From the human T2T-CHM13v2.0 reference genome, Homo sapiens: a stretch of DNA of 64,000 bases. The stretch lies in assembly GCF_009914755.1 (NCBI RefSeq), contig NC_060927.1. One strand, 5' to 3'. Positions 10,681 to 22,446 of the stretch are shown piece after piece. Made by a program: the position numbers and the translations under genes. How positions within the stretch are numbered: position 1 is the first letter of the stretch; every line of letters begins with the position of its first letter. Below the pieces are notes generated by a model. It made no database searches, had not been told where the DNA came from, and saw nothing but the letters and a program-made list of their open reading frames with translations.

Positions 10681-12225
10681 ACGCAAATTAGCACCTCACT
10701 GAGCCCCAGGCATGAACAAGGAGACAAGGCCCTGCCTTGGGAGGAGCTGAGTGTGGAGAGGAAGAGACAAGGCTATCGAGGTGATGAGCAGTGGAACAGA
10801 AGTGACAGATCAAGTCCACATTATTTTCAGAAAATTATCATGCTTTGGGTCTTTAGCTCACGGCAGCAGCAAAATCGGAGGAGGAAGCATGCTTCGCCCC
10901 TGCCAGCTCTTTAGTCTCTCCCCAGCATCACCTTTTGCTTTTCCACCAAAAGGTACCCACGCCCCAGCTCCCAGAGGCCTGCTGTCTTCTGGGGCCAATC
11001 TGGTCAGATCACTACTACAACACACATGTATGCCCATGGGTTTCTAGACCTCCCCAGAGAGCACTTGGGAAGAAACCATGAAAGAAACATGTGCTTATTA
11101 CATAAAACTTAGAAAACACAGAAAACCCAAATTGCCCATAATCTCTAAACTTAGAAGTAACCACAGCTAACCTATAGATGATATTTTGATGGAAGCTTTC
11201 AAGGTTTCTTCCCCATCCTCTTCCAAGGAGTGACAAGCATGGTGGTGATTTGGGCACTGTGACAGGTTTGCAGGGAGGGGGTGTTGGGTGGGGCAGGCTC
11301 TCTCTTGTCAAACCTTGGAGCAGTGGCTAATTCAGCCTAGGAAGGAAGCCAGTTGCACACACACCCACCCCCAAGGCTGTCAGGGAAGTGCCACCCAGGA
11401 GCCACTGGCAGGGGATCCTCTGTGGCCCATTCCAGAGAACTGCCAGATAGTCCCCCAGGGTAAAGTGGCTGTGTCTCCTAAGACTTGTTTGTAAACAGAT
11501 GGCTCAGAGCCTCAAGCTTGTTTTCTCGGGGACACCATGATGGTGAGGGTTTCAGGCTAGCCCACAGTGGCCCCATCAACCCAAGACAGGGGCCAAAGAC
11601 TGTGGTCCCAGAGCCAGCTCAATTCAAAAGGCCACTGAGCTCCAAGGACCTCTGCAGGCTCCCAGGCCCCATCCAGGCTTCCCCTTCTCAAGGCTTCAAA
11701 CCGAAAATGCCCCTCAGTGGACTGACCTCAGGGAGATAGTAATTGAAAAACCATCTGATGGCGTTAAAAGATACTGACGTGTAAATAACAGATATGACAG
11801 CCACAGAGCCCACACAGGAATATTGCTCTTTATCCCAAAAGGACATTTAGTAAGCCAAGTGCACTTCTCTTTTGGTGGAATATCACACCAAGGTAAAGTG
11901 GCAATGCGTAGGCTCTGCGAGGACAGGGGAGGCGGTCACCGGCTGGAAATAAGCCCGAACTGCAGCTTTCAGACCTGCTTCTGCCTTTACTCCTCCTCTA
12001 CTAATAGAAGGAGTTTTTGAAAGCCACTGCTGAGGGCTTCAGTTTTGGGAAGTGGGCTAGGGAGGCTGAGTGTTGGGTAGTTGGGGTGGATGATTTCACA
12101 GAGAGGCGGTTTGCAAACTGGGCGTTTCTAAATCAAGGCTGCCAGAAGCTCTGGGTGCACACAGATGCTAGTGGGCTTCTATGGGTGCCCCCAGGTGAAC
12201 CAGGGCTCATGGCTCTCACACTCAC

Positions 12226-12270
12226 CGTCTGCTTGGGGGTTCACAGTCCACGCTCTAAGTACAGGGAAAC
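12226..12270 (-). other. ATP2B2: 45-nt internal non-coding (5'-UTR) exon of a minus-strand gene, tentatively ATP2B2
   Basis: Minus strand reads cttaac (branch A at 12300) gtgcttttctgctctcgttttctcttag|GTTTCCCTGTACTTAGAGCGTGGACTGTGAACCCCCAAGCAGACG|gtgagt. It is unique sequence with no ATG and stops in two of three frames. The exon is well supported; the gene name rests on my recollection of a 45-nt 5'-UTR exon (c.-459 to c.-415) between very long introns in long ATP2B2 isoforms and was not verified. Confidence 0.6.
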
Positions 12271-12739
12271 CTAAGAGAAAACGAGAGCAGAAAAGCACGT
12301 TAAGGGGGCTTGTATTTTCCAAGTCACAAACTGGGGGCCAGGGATTCAGATCTGACTGAAACAGTTTTAAACGTACTGTTTGAGCCAATCCCAGTATAGA
12401 AACCAGAGGATTTCATGCAAAGTCAGGCTTTCTGGCTCCGCTGGGGAGGGCTGCATCTCTGGGCCAGGTGCCAGCAGGATGGGCTCCCCTCTGCTCTGGT
12501 GTCTGATGCTGTGACCTGCACAGCTCAGTTGCGCCTCCTTCCTGGAGACAAATCTCCCAGGCTTGGCTGGGCATCCTCCCCTCTTTGCTGGATCCAGACA
12601 TACAAACTGGGAACTCTGGAGGAAGATGGCTGGGCTTGTCCCTTAGAGAAATCAAGGGTGAGAAGGTAAAGTCAGGCTCTGGACAAAGTCTGGGGTTGGG
12701 GCCCTTTGCAATATTCCTGGCCTGTGGCTCTGGGGACTG

Positions 12740-13220
12740 AATCAGTCAGGGACTTGGGGGTATCCCTGTCATTTGAGGAGGGTTTAAGGGAGGAACTCTA
12801 CAAAGGTGTGGCAGGAGTAGGGAAACCTGGAAGGACGGTGCAGCTCCCGGGACAAGTGAAAGCAGGGGGGATTCCTTTCCCGCACCCCTAGTCCCGAAGG
12901 AGATGGGAGGACGGGGTGGCTTCCAGAGAGGGCTGTGCAGAGCAGATGCTTGATGGGAGCTGTCACCTGTGATCAAAGCATCCAGCCAGCCCAAGGTACC
13001 CTGACCCTGAGGGAGGGAGCTGGGAGGCTACACATACTCTAACTTCTCTCCCGGTCACTCTATATCTCACCAGAGCTTCTCATTGGCCAAACCTAACATG
13101 AAGCCAGAGGGAGAGGGAGCCCATTGGTGCAGCCCCTACCAGCCACCTCCCTGGACACACAGCAGGCAGGATACCAGTGCTGAGCAGATCCTGAGGGGCA
13201 AATGGCAGGTATCCGGCACA
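12740..13220 (-). mobile_element. LTR33-like ERVL solo LTR
   Basis: Minus strand begins tgtgccggatacctgccatttgcccctcaggatct and contains ggctccctctccctctggcttc...ggtttggccaatg. Confidence 0.7.
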
Positions 13221-14039
13221 GTAGCCCTGCCTCCCTGTGTCCTCCTCACTCACAGGGTTCACACCCTCAGCCCCCAATCCAGGGCTAACCAGGTCCTGAG
13301 AAGTGTCTGAAGGCTCCATTCTACCTCACTGACCATGAGATGACACCGGGCACTTGGTGCCGAGCCCTCCTGAGCCCTGCTGTGCTGCTCAGCTGGCCTG
13401 AGCCTGAGCTTTTGCTCTGTCCTCTGGCACCCCACCCTTGCTACCCTCACCTTAGCACCTGGAGCTTGCTGGGCCCTGATCCTCCCTTCCCCCTCCCTCC
13501 ATCCTGTTCTCTTCTACTGCACACCCTTCAAATTCCTCCCACTGTTGAGCCAGCCTGTCCCCTTCCCAGAAAAACAGCCCATCCCAGAGTTCACAGAGAT
13601 CCAGGAGCAGAGTTGCAGGGAACCCACAGCCACGAGGCCAACACAGAGCAGTCACGGGGCCAGCTTGGGAGCCCCAGAGCTCCCCGCCCCAAATCTTTTC
13701 TGGGAAAAACACGAGCCCGACAAGAGGCAGCCAAATGCAGGGTTTCTTGGAACCTGGAGCTAGAAGTGATCGTCAGCTCCAGCAACTGCTTTGTATAGAT
13801 GGGGAAACTGAGGTCAGGAGAAGGGTGGAGCTTGCAGCGGCCACACAGCCAGGGAGTGGCAGTGCCAGTGTTTTGTTTGCTTACCAGGCTGTCCCTTCCT
13901 TCTGGCCTGGGATCCATGAGGCTGCGGCCATGTCAGGAGACGGGGAGTTAGCTCCCTTTGACAATAGCAATCTTACTAATAAGGCCAACCTGGAGGGGTT
14001 CCTTTGAGCAGGCACAAAGCTAAAATCTGAAACACCTGA

Positions 14040-14150
14040 GCATTTACTCCTCATTCCAACTCCATGAGGCGGGCACTGCTATTACTCCCACATTACAGAT
14101 GAGGAAGTTGAGTCCCAGAGAAGTTACATGGCACTCACAGCACAGAAGTA
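14040..14150 (-). mobile_element. MIR fragment
   Basis: actgctattactcccacattacagatgaggaagttgagtcccagagaagtta. Confidence 0.7.
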
Positions 14151-15169
14151 ACCACGTCAACATGACGATAAGAACAACTAGCATCGCTGACCAGGCTGTG
14201 CTCCCAGGCTGGCCCTGTGCAGAAGCCCACACACGCAGCGCCCCATTAAGCTTTATCTGGAGCAGCACTAGCTGCACGGTCATTGAGACACCCTCTGACT
14301 GTTTTGCTCCACACATTTGTCTGCTGACCCTCTGTGGGCCTCTTCCTGATGTCTCCCTGATGCCCATATGAGGCAGAAAGCTGAAAACTGGCCACCTGTC
14401 ACGCCCAGCACCTTCCAGCCGTGCTCCAGGGCCCCCCCTAGGCTCCCCTGGGCCCACCTGCTCCCTACCCAAGGCCCTGAACTCCTGTAGACTGTAGTGT
14501 CATCCTAGAGCTGTGGGCGGCCAGGCCTGTCTTTATCAGCGGTGCCCCCATCTTCTCCACGGGGACTTTTGGGATGAAAGATTGATGAGCAATCTGTCCT
14601 CACTAGTGAATTTTTAATTATGGAAGAAAGGAGACCCCAGCCCCTGGCCTAAACCAGGACTGTGAGGAGGATGGTTCTTGGATGTCACCACTGTTAAAAT
14701 TTCATCTGCATTGACAGCAGCCATGAACTCTGCATCCAGGTTTTTCTGTCCATAAATAAAGGTGAAGGCCTGGGATGGAAAGTAATTGGTGAAATTGGAA
14801 AAATCCCCTGACTTCTAACATAGATGGTTCTGGAATGATATGTGAGTAACTGAGCTTGGGACCCCAGAAGGCCAGGGGCAAGTCCAAGCAGAGCAGGCAG
14901 TGGATGCGGGAGGCTGAAGCCATCCCAGCTGTTGGAATCTATGATTCTTGCCCTTCTAAATTGCAGGTGACCGCACTTCTCACCCTGGATCCTCTTACAG
15001 TCAACCAGCTGAGATGGGGCTGAGCTCAGAGCATGGCCTGGGGGCCTTGCAGAGGCTTTAATCAGGATCAGGGCTCAGGTGAGCCACTGCCCCAGAAGAG
15101 CAGGATGCCCGTGGGATTATCCATGACTCAGGTGGGCCTAATTTCACAGGTCGGTCAGCAAAGGGAAAC

Positions 15170-15360
15170 CATTGCCTGGGCTTGAATCTCGGCTCCATAG
15201 CTTCCTGGCCCATGTTCTTGAGCAAGTCACTTCAGCCTCCTGAGGTTCAGTTTTATCTTCCATAAAATGGGGGTAGAAACAACCCCTGCAGAGGGCTGTG
15301 GTGAAGGTAAAAGGAAAGGATGTATGGAAAACACTGAGCACTCTGCCTGGCCTTGGTCAG
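15170..15360 (+). mobile_element. MIR SINE
   Basis: cttgagcaagtcacttcagcctcctgaggttcagttttatcttccataaaatgggg. Confidence 0.75.
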
Positions 15361-15363
15361 CTC

Positions 15364-15667
15364 TTTTTTTTTTTTTTTTTTTTTTTCCCTGAGGAAGGGG
15401 CTCTCTCTGTTGCCCTGGCTGGAGTGCAGTGGTGCAACCATAGCTCACTGTAACCTCAAATTCCTGGCCTCAAGTGATCCTCCTGCCTCAGCCTCCTGAG
15501 TAGCTGGGAGTACAGGCACATACCACCACACCCAGCTAATTTTTTAAAAATGTTTTTTGTGGAAATGGGATCTTGCTATGCTGGTCTCAAACTCCTGGCT
15601 CAAGCAATACTCCCACCTTGGCCTCCTGAAGTGCTGGGAATATAGGCCTGAGCCACCGTGCCTAATT
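15364..15667 (-). mobile_element. AluJ SINE
   Basis: Poly-T, then ggctggagtgcagtggtgcaaccatagctcactg...ctcaagtgatcctcctgcctcagcc; dimeric with J-type diagnostics. Confidence 0.9.
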
Positions 15668-16305
15668 GGTGACTGAGTTCTTGATCAACAACCAAACAAG
15701 GAAGAATAAACCACCCATTCTACTTTCAAATGGTTTATAAACTAGTGAGGATCTCACACAGCCCAAAAACAAAACTTGAAAGGAAGAATGGAAGGGAAGA
15801 AATCAGGGGTGGAGGTAAGGGATCATTTTAACTTGGGGTGGCAATCAGGGAGGCTTCATTGAAATGAAAATACACCTCCAAGCACTTTTATCCTTCGAAA
15901 GTTCAGGGACTAATCTCCTTGGGCGGAAGGCCTGCCTGCATCCTGAAGGTCTCTCTAGGAAAACTGGGTGACAATGAGGTTCCAGTATGTACCTGGTTCT
16001 CTGTGATACCACTGTTCAGTCAATAAAGTCATGAGTCATTGGCTCCAGGAGCCCCAGGATTTCCACAAGTTCTGCCTCCTCCAGGAAGCCTCCCAGGATT
16101 GCTTCAGCCCACGTGAACCTCATTCTTCTCATGTGCCAGTAGCACCCAAGGCCCAAACAACATGCCCTAAACAGCCTGCTTCCAAGGGAGAAGCCTTGGG
16201 TTCTAATTCCAACTCCACCCTCTACTCCCTGTGAGATGTTAGGCAAATGCCAGCTGCTCTTGGGGCCCGAGTTTCCTTGTCTGTGGAAAAAGGGTTGGAC
16301 TAGCT

Positions 16306-16532
16306 TAGGGTCACTCAGAGTGATCTCTGGGGAGCACTAGTCTTTCAAGAAGCTTCCTGTAGCTCCCATCCCCCTTGTAGATTTCACAAGGCAATGACTA
16401 AGGCTCTGATAAGTCCTGCATCATAGAAACCAGCTTAGTTTGGTTTGACCCAGTATTTCCCATATTAACTTGACCTTGAAAACTTTTTTTGGAATAAACT
16501 AGCATTCCTTAGAATATACTTTGGGGAATGGT
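16306..16532. mobile_element. hAT-Charlie DNA transposon remnant (Charlie4/MER112-like) nested in MIR3
   Basis: aaggctctgataagtcctgca...agaaacc...acccagtatttccca...ttgacc...actttggggaa; MIR3 halves on both sides (gggttggactag / atctctcaggtaccttcc). Confidence 0.6.
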
Positions 16533-16995
16533 GGCCTCAAAGATCTCTCAGGTACCTTCCTGCTCTGTCATTCAGAGATTTAGTAAGTCTAAGGTGTGGA
16601 ATTTCACCCCCTCAGTAACTTTTCCAAAATGTCTTTCCTTTATTTCTGGCCGAGATATGAGGCCCCTCTGCCTCTTCCAGCTCTCAGGACAGGTGTTATG
16701 TCTGGGTCTCCATCACAAGAATCCCTGTGTTGCATTGGTGGGAGTGTCTCTGCCTGTGGTGGCCATACGCTCTTGAAGGAGGGATTGTGCCTCGACACTG
16801 GTGTGTCCCAGGGGTTGACAATCTCAGCGCCTGAAATGTCACTGTGTGCTCAATCAATGTTTTTGAACACAGGGGTGAGGTTTTAAGTATTTAGCAAGCA
16901 GCACGGCTTTGTCATGTGCCAAGGGGGACACTAGCTATAAATAACCAACAGGGCTTTCCTGACCCTGCTTGTCAGTCAAACATCAGCCCTGGTGG

Positions 16996-17054
16996 AATGA
17001 ATGAATGCATGAATGAATGAGTACGAATGCATGAATGAATGCATGAATGAATGA
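16996..17054. repeat. (GAAT)n-like simple repeat
   Basis: gaatgaatgaatgcatgaatgaatg... visible. Confidence 0.9.
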
Positions 17055-18194
17055 GTTGTAAGACCCATATAAGAGGTTGTAACTATTAACTAAAGAGGAA
17101 AAGCACTTTCTGAGGAAAAGCACTTTCTAAGGCAAAGCCCAATGTTGTGTTTTTTAAATGTTTTCCTTTTTCTGGACTTTTCTGGCTTGGCTGTTCAGAT
17201 GTGGGGGTGGGGGCTTGGTGGTGCAAAGATACCCGACCCCCACCATGGCACCAGGCTGGAGCCAAGGCCAGATGGGAAAGCGGGCCTCTCTGTGTCCTTA
17301 ACAGAGCTGGCGGCAGCTTTGGTATTTCAAATGTCCTTCCGAAATCTGAATCCAAAATGGAACAATTTTTCGAGTAAATAATACCATTGATGTCAGTGTT
17401 GCTGCAGGAGGTTCAGCAGGCCCCAGAAACTCAGAGGTGAGGACGTGGTATTCTGGCTACACAAGGTCTCTGGCTGCACGAGGCCACCTGCCTTGCAGGG
17501 GAATGAACGGTCTGTGGGTACTTAAGGCATTGGCCTAGCTAAGAGACACATTTTCTTTTTCCTGATTATACTTGATAGTGCCCCAGGGACATTCAAAAAT
17601 GCCATACCTTGGGACCCTATGCTGTCATGGGCTTCGGGGGCCTGGGTCAAGAGTGAGAAGGTGAGGGGTGGTGGAGCCAGGGGGAGGAGTCTTGCAGCTG
17701 CAGGGGAGATAAGAACGGGTCAGGGCCTTCTCTGAGTGATGGGCTGCCCCTGGCTCCCGCTGAACTACTGAATGGGATGGCTTCAGATTCCCCTATTGGT
17801 TTCCTACTCCGCCAGGATTTGACGCAGATACTCCCCGGTTTGAGTTACAGAATCCGGATCATGGCTTCCTGACCCTTGGCTTCTTGGGCGGTTTGTGGAG
17901 GAGGGGGAGGTGTTGAGTTTTCAAGAGGGGCCGGGCCCAGAGTGTATTCAGAAGGCTTGGAGGAGAGTGGCCAGGATGCAGCCAGGGCTACCCCTCTGTG
18001 GTGGGAGTGGTGCCCCCACACTCAGGGACCCTTCAGCAGGGACCCCCTCCCATTGCCACCCAAGGATGGGAGGCACACTCTGGGACACCTCTCCAAGGAG
18101 AAAGTCTGAGTTTAGTGCGCGTATTGTATGTTTAACACCTCCCTGACGCTTGCTAAATTCTCTCTTAAACAAGGAGAGCAGACCTCCACTGGTA

Positions 18195-18463
18195 GGATGC
18201 AGTATCCACCCAGGATTTAATAGCATCAGCAGTCTGCCTTCTTTTTCTAAAGTTTTTTAAAATTGTTACTTTCTATTTATGACAGCTGTTACCATTTTTT
18301 TCCCATTTATGGTAGCAATAAAGTTTCACTCTAAAATAAGTTTATTTTGGTTGAAAAAAAAGTGAGCTCATTTGAATAAAGATTTTCAGTACTTTTTAGT
18401 ACAGGTGTTCTGATCTCCAGGTGTGGAGGGAGGGAAAGAAACAACTGGAGTTTGGGAAACTCT
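18195..18463. mobile_element. hAT-Charlie remnant (MER113-like) abutting a MIR3
   Basis: catttatggtagcaataaagtttc...aaaaaagtgag...tagtacaggtg...gtttgggaaac, followed by atctagtccaacc. Confidence 0.6.
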
Positions 18464-18807
18464 CATCTAGTCCAACCTCCCCACAGCAGAGATGGGTACA
18501 CTGAGTCCCAGAAGAGAGAGGCATTGCCCAAGCACACACACCTCGTTATAAAAGACTGAGACAGGGTAAAGGGCTCAGGGTTGGGGACTCCGGCCTTTTT
18601 CCACTTTGCCATCTCTTCTTTGTGAGGCCAGGATGTGAATGTCTCTCTTGGTGTGATCCTCACAAGCAGGGGGAAATGTGGGCTCATAGATCTGCTGCTG
18701 CCAGGGTCCTGGGGGATCTGCAGGGGCTGGAACTGAGTGAGCCTTTTCATCTCTACCCCACAGAGCCAGTCACAGAATTGATGCTTAGTGAGAACCTGGT
18801 GAAAGGA

Positions 18808-19030
18808 TAGATGGATGAATGGATGGCTAGAAAGAAAAGTGGATATATGGAGATACAGATGGAGAGAGAAGGGGATGGATGGATGGATGGATGGATGGAT
18901 GGATGGATGGATGGGTGGATGGATGGATGGACTGGTGGATGAATTGGTAGTTAGAGAGGCTGATAAATGAATAGATGGAGAAAAGGATGAGTGAATAAAT
19001 GGATGAATGGAGATGTCAATGAATAAATAA
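18808..19030. repeat. (TGGA)n array following an L2-like tail
   Basis: Pure ggat run at about 18873-18930 within a degenerate array. Confidence 0.9.
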
Positions 19031-19170
19031 TTTGGCTGATGACTTAGGATTCTCCCTGTCCCATTACCTACCCAAGGTTATTTTCATTCCTTTAGAGAGC
19101 TAGCAGAAAGTTCTCTATGAGAAAAAGAATTAATGGTGATATTTCAGTTACCTTGATAGACTGGTAGTGA

Positions 19171-19171
<1 letters not shown>

Positions 19172-19215
<44 letters not shown>
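19172..19215. repeat. (CA)n microsatellite
   Basis: About 21 uninterrupted CA units. Confidence 0.97.
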
Positions 19216-19217
<2 letters not shown>

Positions 19218-19779
19218 TTCATTTACCAATGAGACACTGAGGCAAACATAAATGACACTGCCCAGGAGTCCAGGGCCTGGGCTTCTCATTTTGCTTTTGA
19301 AACTCACTCCCCAGACTCGGATGAGTTGTCTCCCTTCTCTGGGCCTCCATTTCCCCATGTGTAAAACAAGAGTGGGTGAGTCAACTAATTCTCACCCTCC
19401 CAGCATCCTGTGGCTCCTTTAAGGCCTGCCAGATGCCAAAGCTTCCCCATGCCCCACAGTGTGGATGGCAGGTTCTGAATCTGTCAGATTGACTGGGCTT
19501 CTCTAAGAGGCGGGTGCTTTCCTGCAAGGAGATGTGCCAGAGCCAGCCAGACAAGCAAGTGGTCCCCGGGGGCAGCATCAGCATGGGCTCCATCTCGCTC
19601 TGCCTTTGGGACCAGCTTATGGAAAGGAGAGAATATTGGAAAGACTGGTGACATGAGGTCAAGGCCTCAGTACTCTAAGGGATGCCTCCCTTCATATATA
19701 AAACTGTAATATGGAGGCCTGGACAAACAAAGATGGGAGGACAGGGCAGGGGCAGGAGGGAGAGGCTCCTGGGTTAGCC

Positions 19780-19930
19780 AGTCCTGGGTTCAGATCCTGC
19801 TCCTGCCACTTCTTAGCTATGTGACCCTGGGCCAGTTCTCCCAGCCTCTCTGAGCCTCATCATCCTCCAAAATGTGAGAAAAATGACCTCTCCCCCTCGC
19901 TGGATCCTTGTGCAAGGTCGGGTGTAATAG
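19780..19930 (+). mobile_element. MIR SINE
   Basis: ctgggttcagatcctgctcctgccacttcttagctatgtgaccctgggc...ctctgagcctca. Confidence 0.8.
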
Positions 19931-20004
19931 ATGCTAGCTTACTGTCCTTCCAGTCGGTGAACCGCAAGGGAAGAGCCTGGATCTTCTTCATTACGAATTT
20001 CTCC

Positions 20005-20740
20005 ACTTACTAAATGTTTATTGAGCACCTACCATGTGCCAGGCCCTCTCCCCTCCTCTGGGAATGTGGTGGTGAGCTAAGGTAGACCCAGTGTCTGACC
20101 TCGTGGCCTTCACAGTCTGATGGCCGTTTATCAAATGGTCACTTATATAAGTAGGAAATGTCACCTGAGATAGGTTCTGTAAAAAAGGTGGGGTGGAGGA
20201 GGGGCTACATCATGGGGCCCACTTTGTGTGATGATCCTGGGCCAGGGTCATCAGGGAGGCGACTCAAGCTGAGACCTGAAGCTATGCAGGTGGGGAGCAG
20301 GTACAGGTGTTGGGGGCAAGGGAGAGGCTGGGCAATGCAAAGGCCTATTGCGGGATGGGCGTGGCACATTCCGGGACCAGCAGGGAAGCCAGTGTGGCTG
20401 GAGCAGGGGGCGGGGACCTGCATGGCCTCACAGGAAGCTAGAGACATGGCAGAGGCCCGACAACCCAGGGCCTCAGGGCCCATGGCCAGGGCTTTGGACT
20501 TTCTCCTGAGAAAAATGGGGAGTCATTAACAGATGTACAGTGGAAGGGTGAGAAGTCTGGCCGCTGTGGGTAGAGAGTGGATGCAGGACTCCCAGAGGGA
20601 GGCTGAGAGCAGTGAGGTGGCCATGCCACCATCCAGGCAAGAGGCAATGGTGGCCAGACTGGGTGGTGGACACAGAGTGAACAGCAGCCAGGAGCAGCCC
20701 TCCTCCAAGCTCTGGCGAATGATTAACGTGCAGGGAAGAG
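20005..20740 (-). mobile_element. L2 3' fragment
   Basis: aaatgtttattgagcacctaccatgtgccaggc followed by a purine-rich reversed L2 body. Confidence 0.75.
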
Positions 20741-21055
20741 ATGCCTGTGGAGTCCTCTAGGACATCCTCTGCCTCCTTTCGCAGCTCTCTCCTAATGCCC
20801 TAAAGCTCAACAACAGCCCTACACCCGGAGGCAGGCCTCAACGCAGGACATGTAGTAGGGCGTCCATGCAATAGTGAAAGTGATGGCATTCACAATTCCG
20901 ACCCATGGACTTCACTGTTTACAATCTCCTTTCACAGCCTTTACCATAGTTGCTCCTCATAGCAACTGCCACGGTGGGAGACCCCAAAACCAACCTCTTT
21001 CCTGCATCCCTTTGGAAGCAGAAAGGCAGTCACCACGGTAGGGACTGTGGTTATA

Positions 21056-21742
21056 CAGTTGATGCTGGTTATTTCTGGTAGTTCTGCTCTATAAAGTCAC
21101 TGTGGGTGCTGAATTGTCAAGTACTGAACCTTTGCTCCTAGGAAATACAGGGTCAGGTTCCTGGGAACTTCTGGTCACAACATTTTCACCAACTGATCAG
21201 TATATAACCTTGTTTTAAGTATTGTTTGTTTGTTTTTGTTTGTTTAAAGATACCTTATTTAATATCTATCGTTGGCTCATTAACGTTGGGCTCCCGGCCA
21301 ACGGCACCATAACTCACGCCTGGATGAAGCTGCCTAACACACGGTTTTCTCCGTAGGGCACAGCCGGGCCTTCTGGGCTGAGGAACACAAAACAGCACGG
21401 CAGCACCACGCTTCGGGGCCATTTCAAACAGCAAAACCACCAACAGAAAGCACACAGATGGGGAAATATGCGGTACTGCACAGACTGCAGAAGGCACCCC
21501 TGCTTATGGGACGAGCTTGAAGCAGGAAGGCAGAGCGTCACCTGGCTCGACCTCCGCTGGGAACGCGCTGCGGGCAACTGCCATTTTCCACCTCTGCACA
21601 CGTCTACAAATCACCGCAAAAGCACCATGAGTATTGATCTGGGTATATACATTATCTGGGTACATACATTATCTGGGTAAATACATTTTAAGGAGGAGGC
21701 AAACTCGCACATATGGACTCCACAAAGAAGGAGGATGTGTTG
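21056..21742 (+). mobile_element. MER82 (TcMar-Tigger) non-autonomous DNA transposon
   Basis: TA|cagttgatgctggttatt...ctataaagtc...ctcctaggaaatacaggg...ctggtcacaacatttt...gaaggcagagcgtc...gagtattgat...gaggat; collinear with the recalled MER82 consensus. Confidence 0.85.
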
Positions 21743-22446
21743 ATCATTCATTTGTTGATAGGGCACATTTCCCGCCGAGGGCCTTCCGTGTGCCACATGC
21801 CTCTCCGGTGCTTGGGAGACCACAGGCGTCGTCTCAGCCGATCCTCACCTGCCCTGTGGGTAGAGGCTGTTGTTTTTCAGAGGCAGAGGCATAGAGGTTT
21901 GGTTGCAGGTGGAGGGTCCCACAGCTGGGAAGTGGCCGAGTGGGGATGAAACCCAGGGATCCTTCCTCCAGAGTCCAGCTCCACTGCCCAAGCTTCACCT
22001 GCATGCGCTCATTCTAAAAGCTGTTTTCACACCAAATCTCCGCAAGCCCTCTTTATTTCCCACTTCCTGCCAAGTAAGCAGTTCAGCTCACAAACTATAT
22101 TAATCTCTGGCATAAATTCATTTAAACAAAATATTGCCAAGCAACGCAAAAGCAGAAATCCTCTTACAACCCACATGGGTATCGATGCTGTGCGTGTGGA
22201 AGGGCTGAGCCTCTTAGTGTCTGATTGTAAACACACCCAAATCTGTGACAAAGACTGGGCAAAGCCAGTGGAGAAGCCATCAGGACAAACCCCTTATCCT
22301 CGGGGACAGACTGACCTCTCACTGTCCGTCCAAGGCTGGGAGTGTGGGGCGTTGCTCTTCGCCTGCTGATTTGGCTGAGTCTCCCCAATCCTCACAGACA
22401 GCAGCAGGCAACAGTTAAACACGGCCACCTTTGAGTGGTAACACAA

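Noticed and set aside
21637-21687. CRISPR-like repeat array
   Set aside because: Eukaryotic DNA; contiguous tandem units with no spacers.
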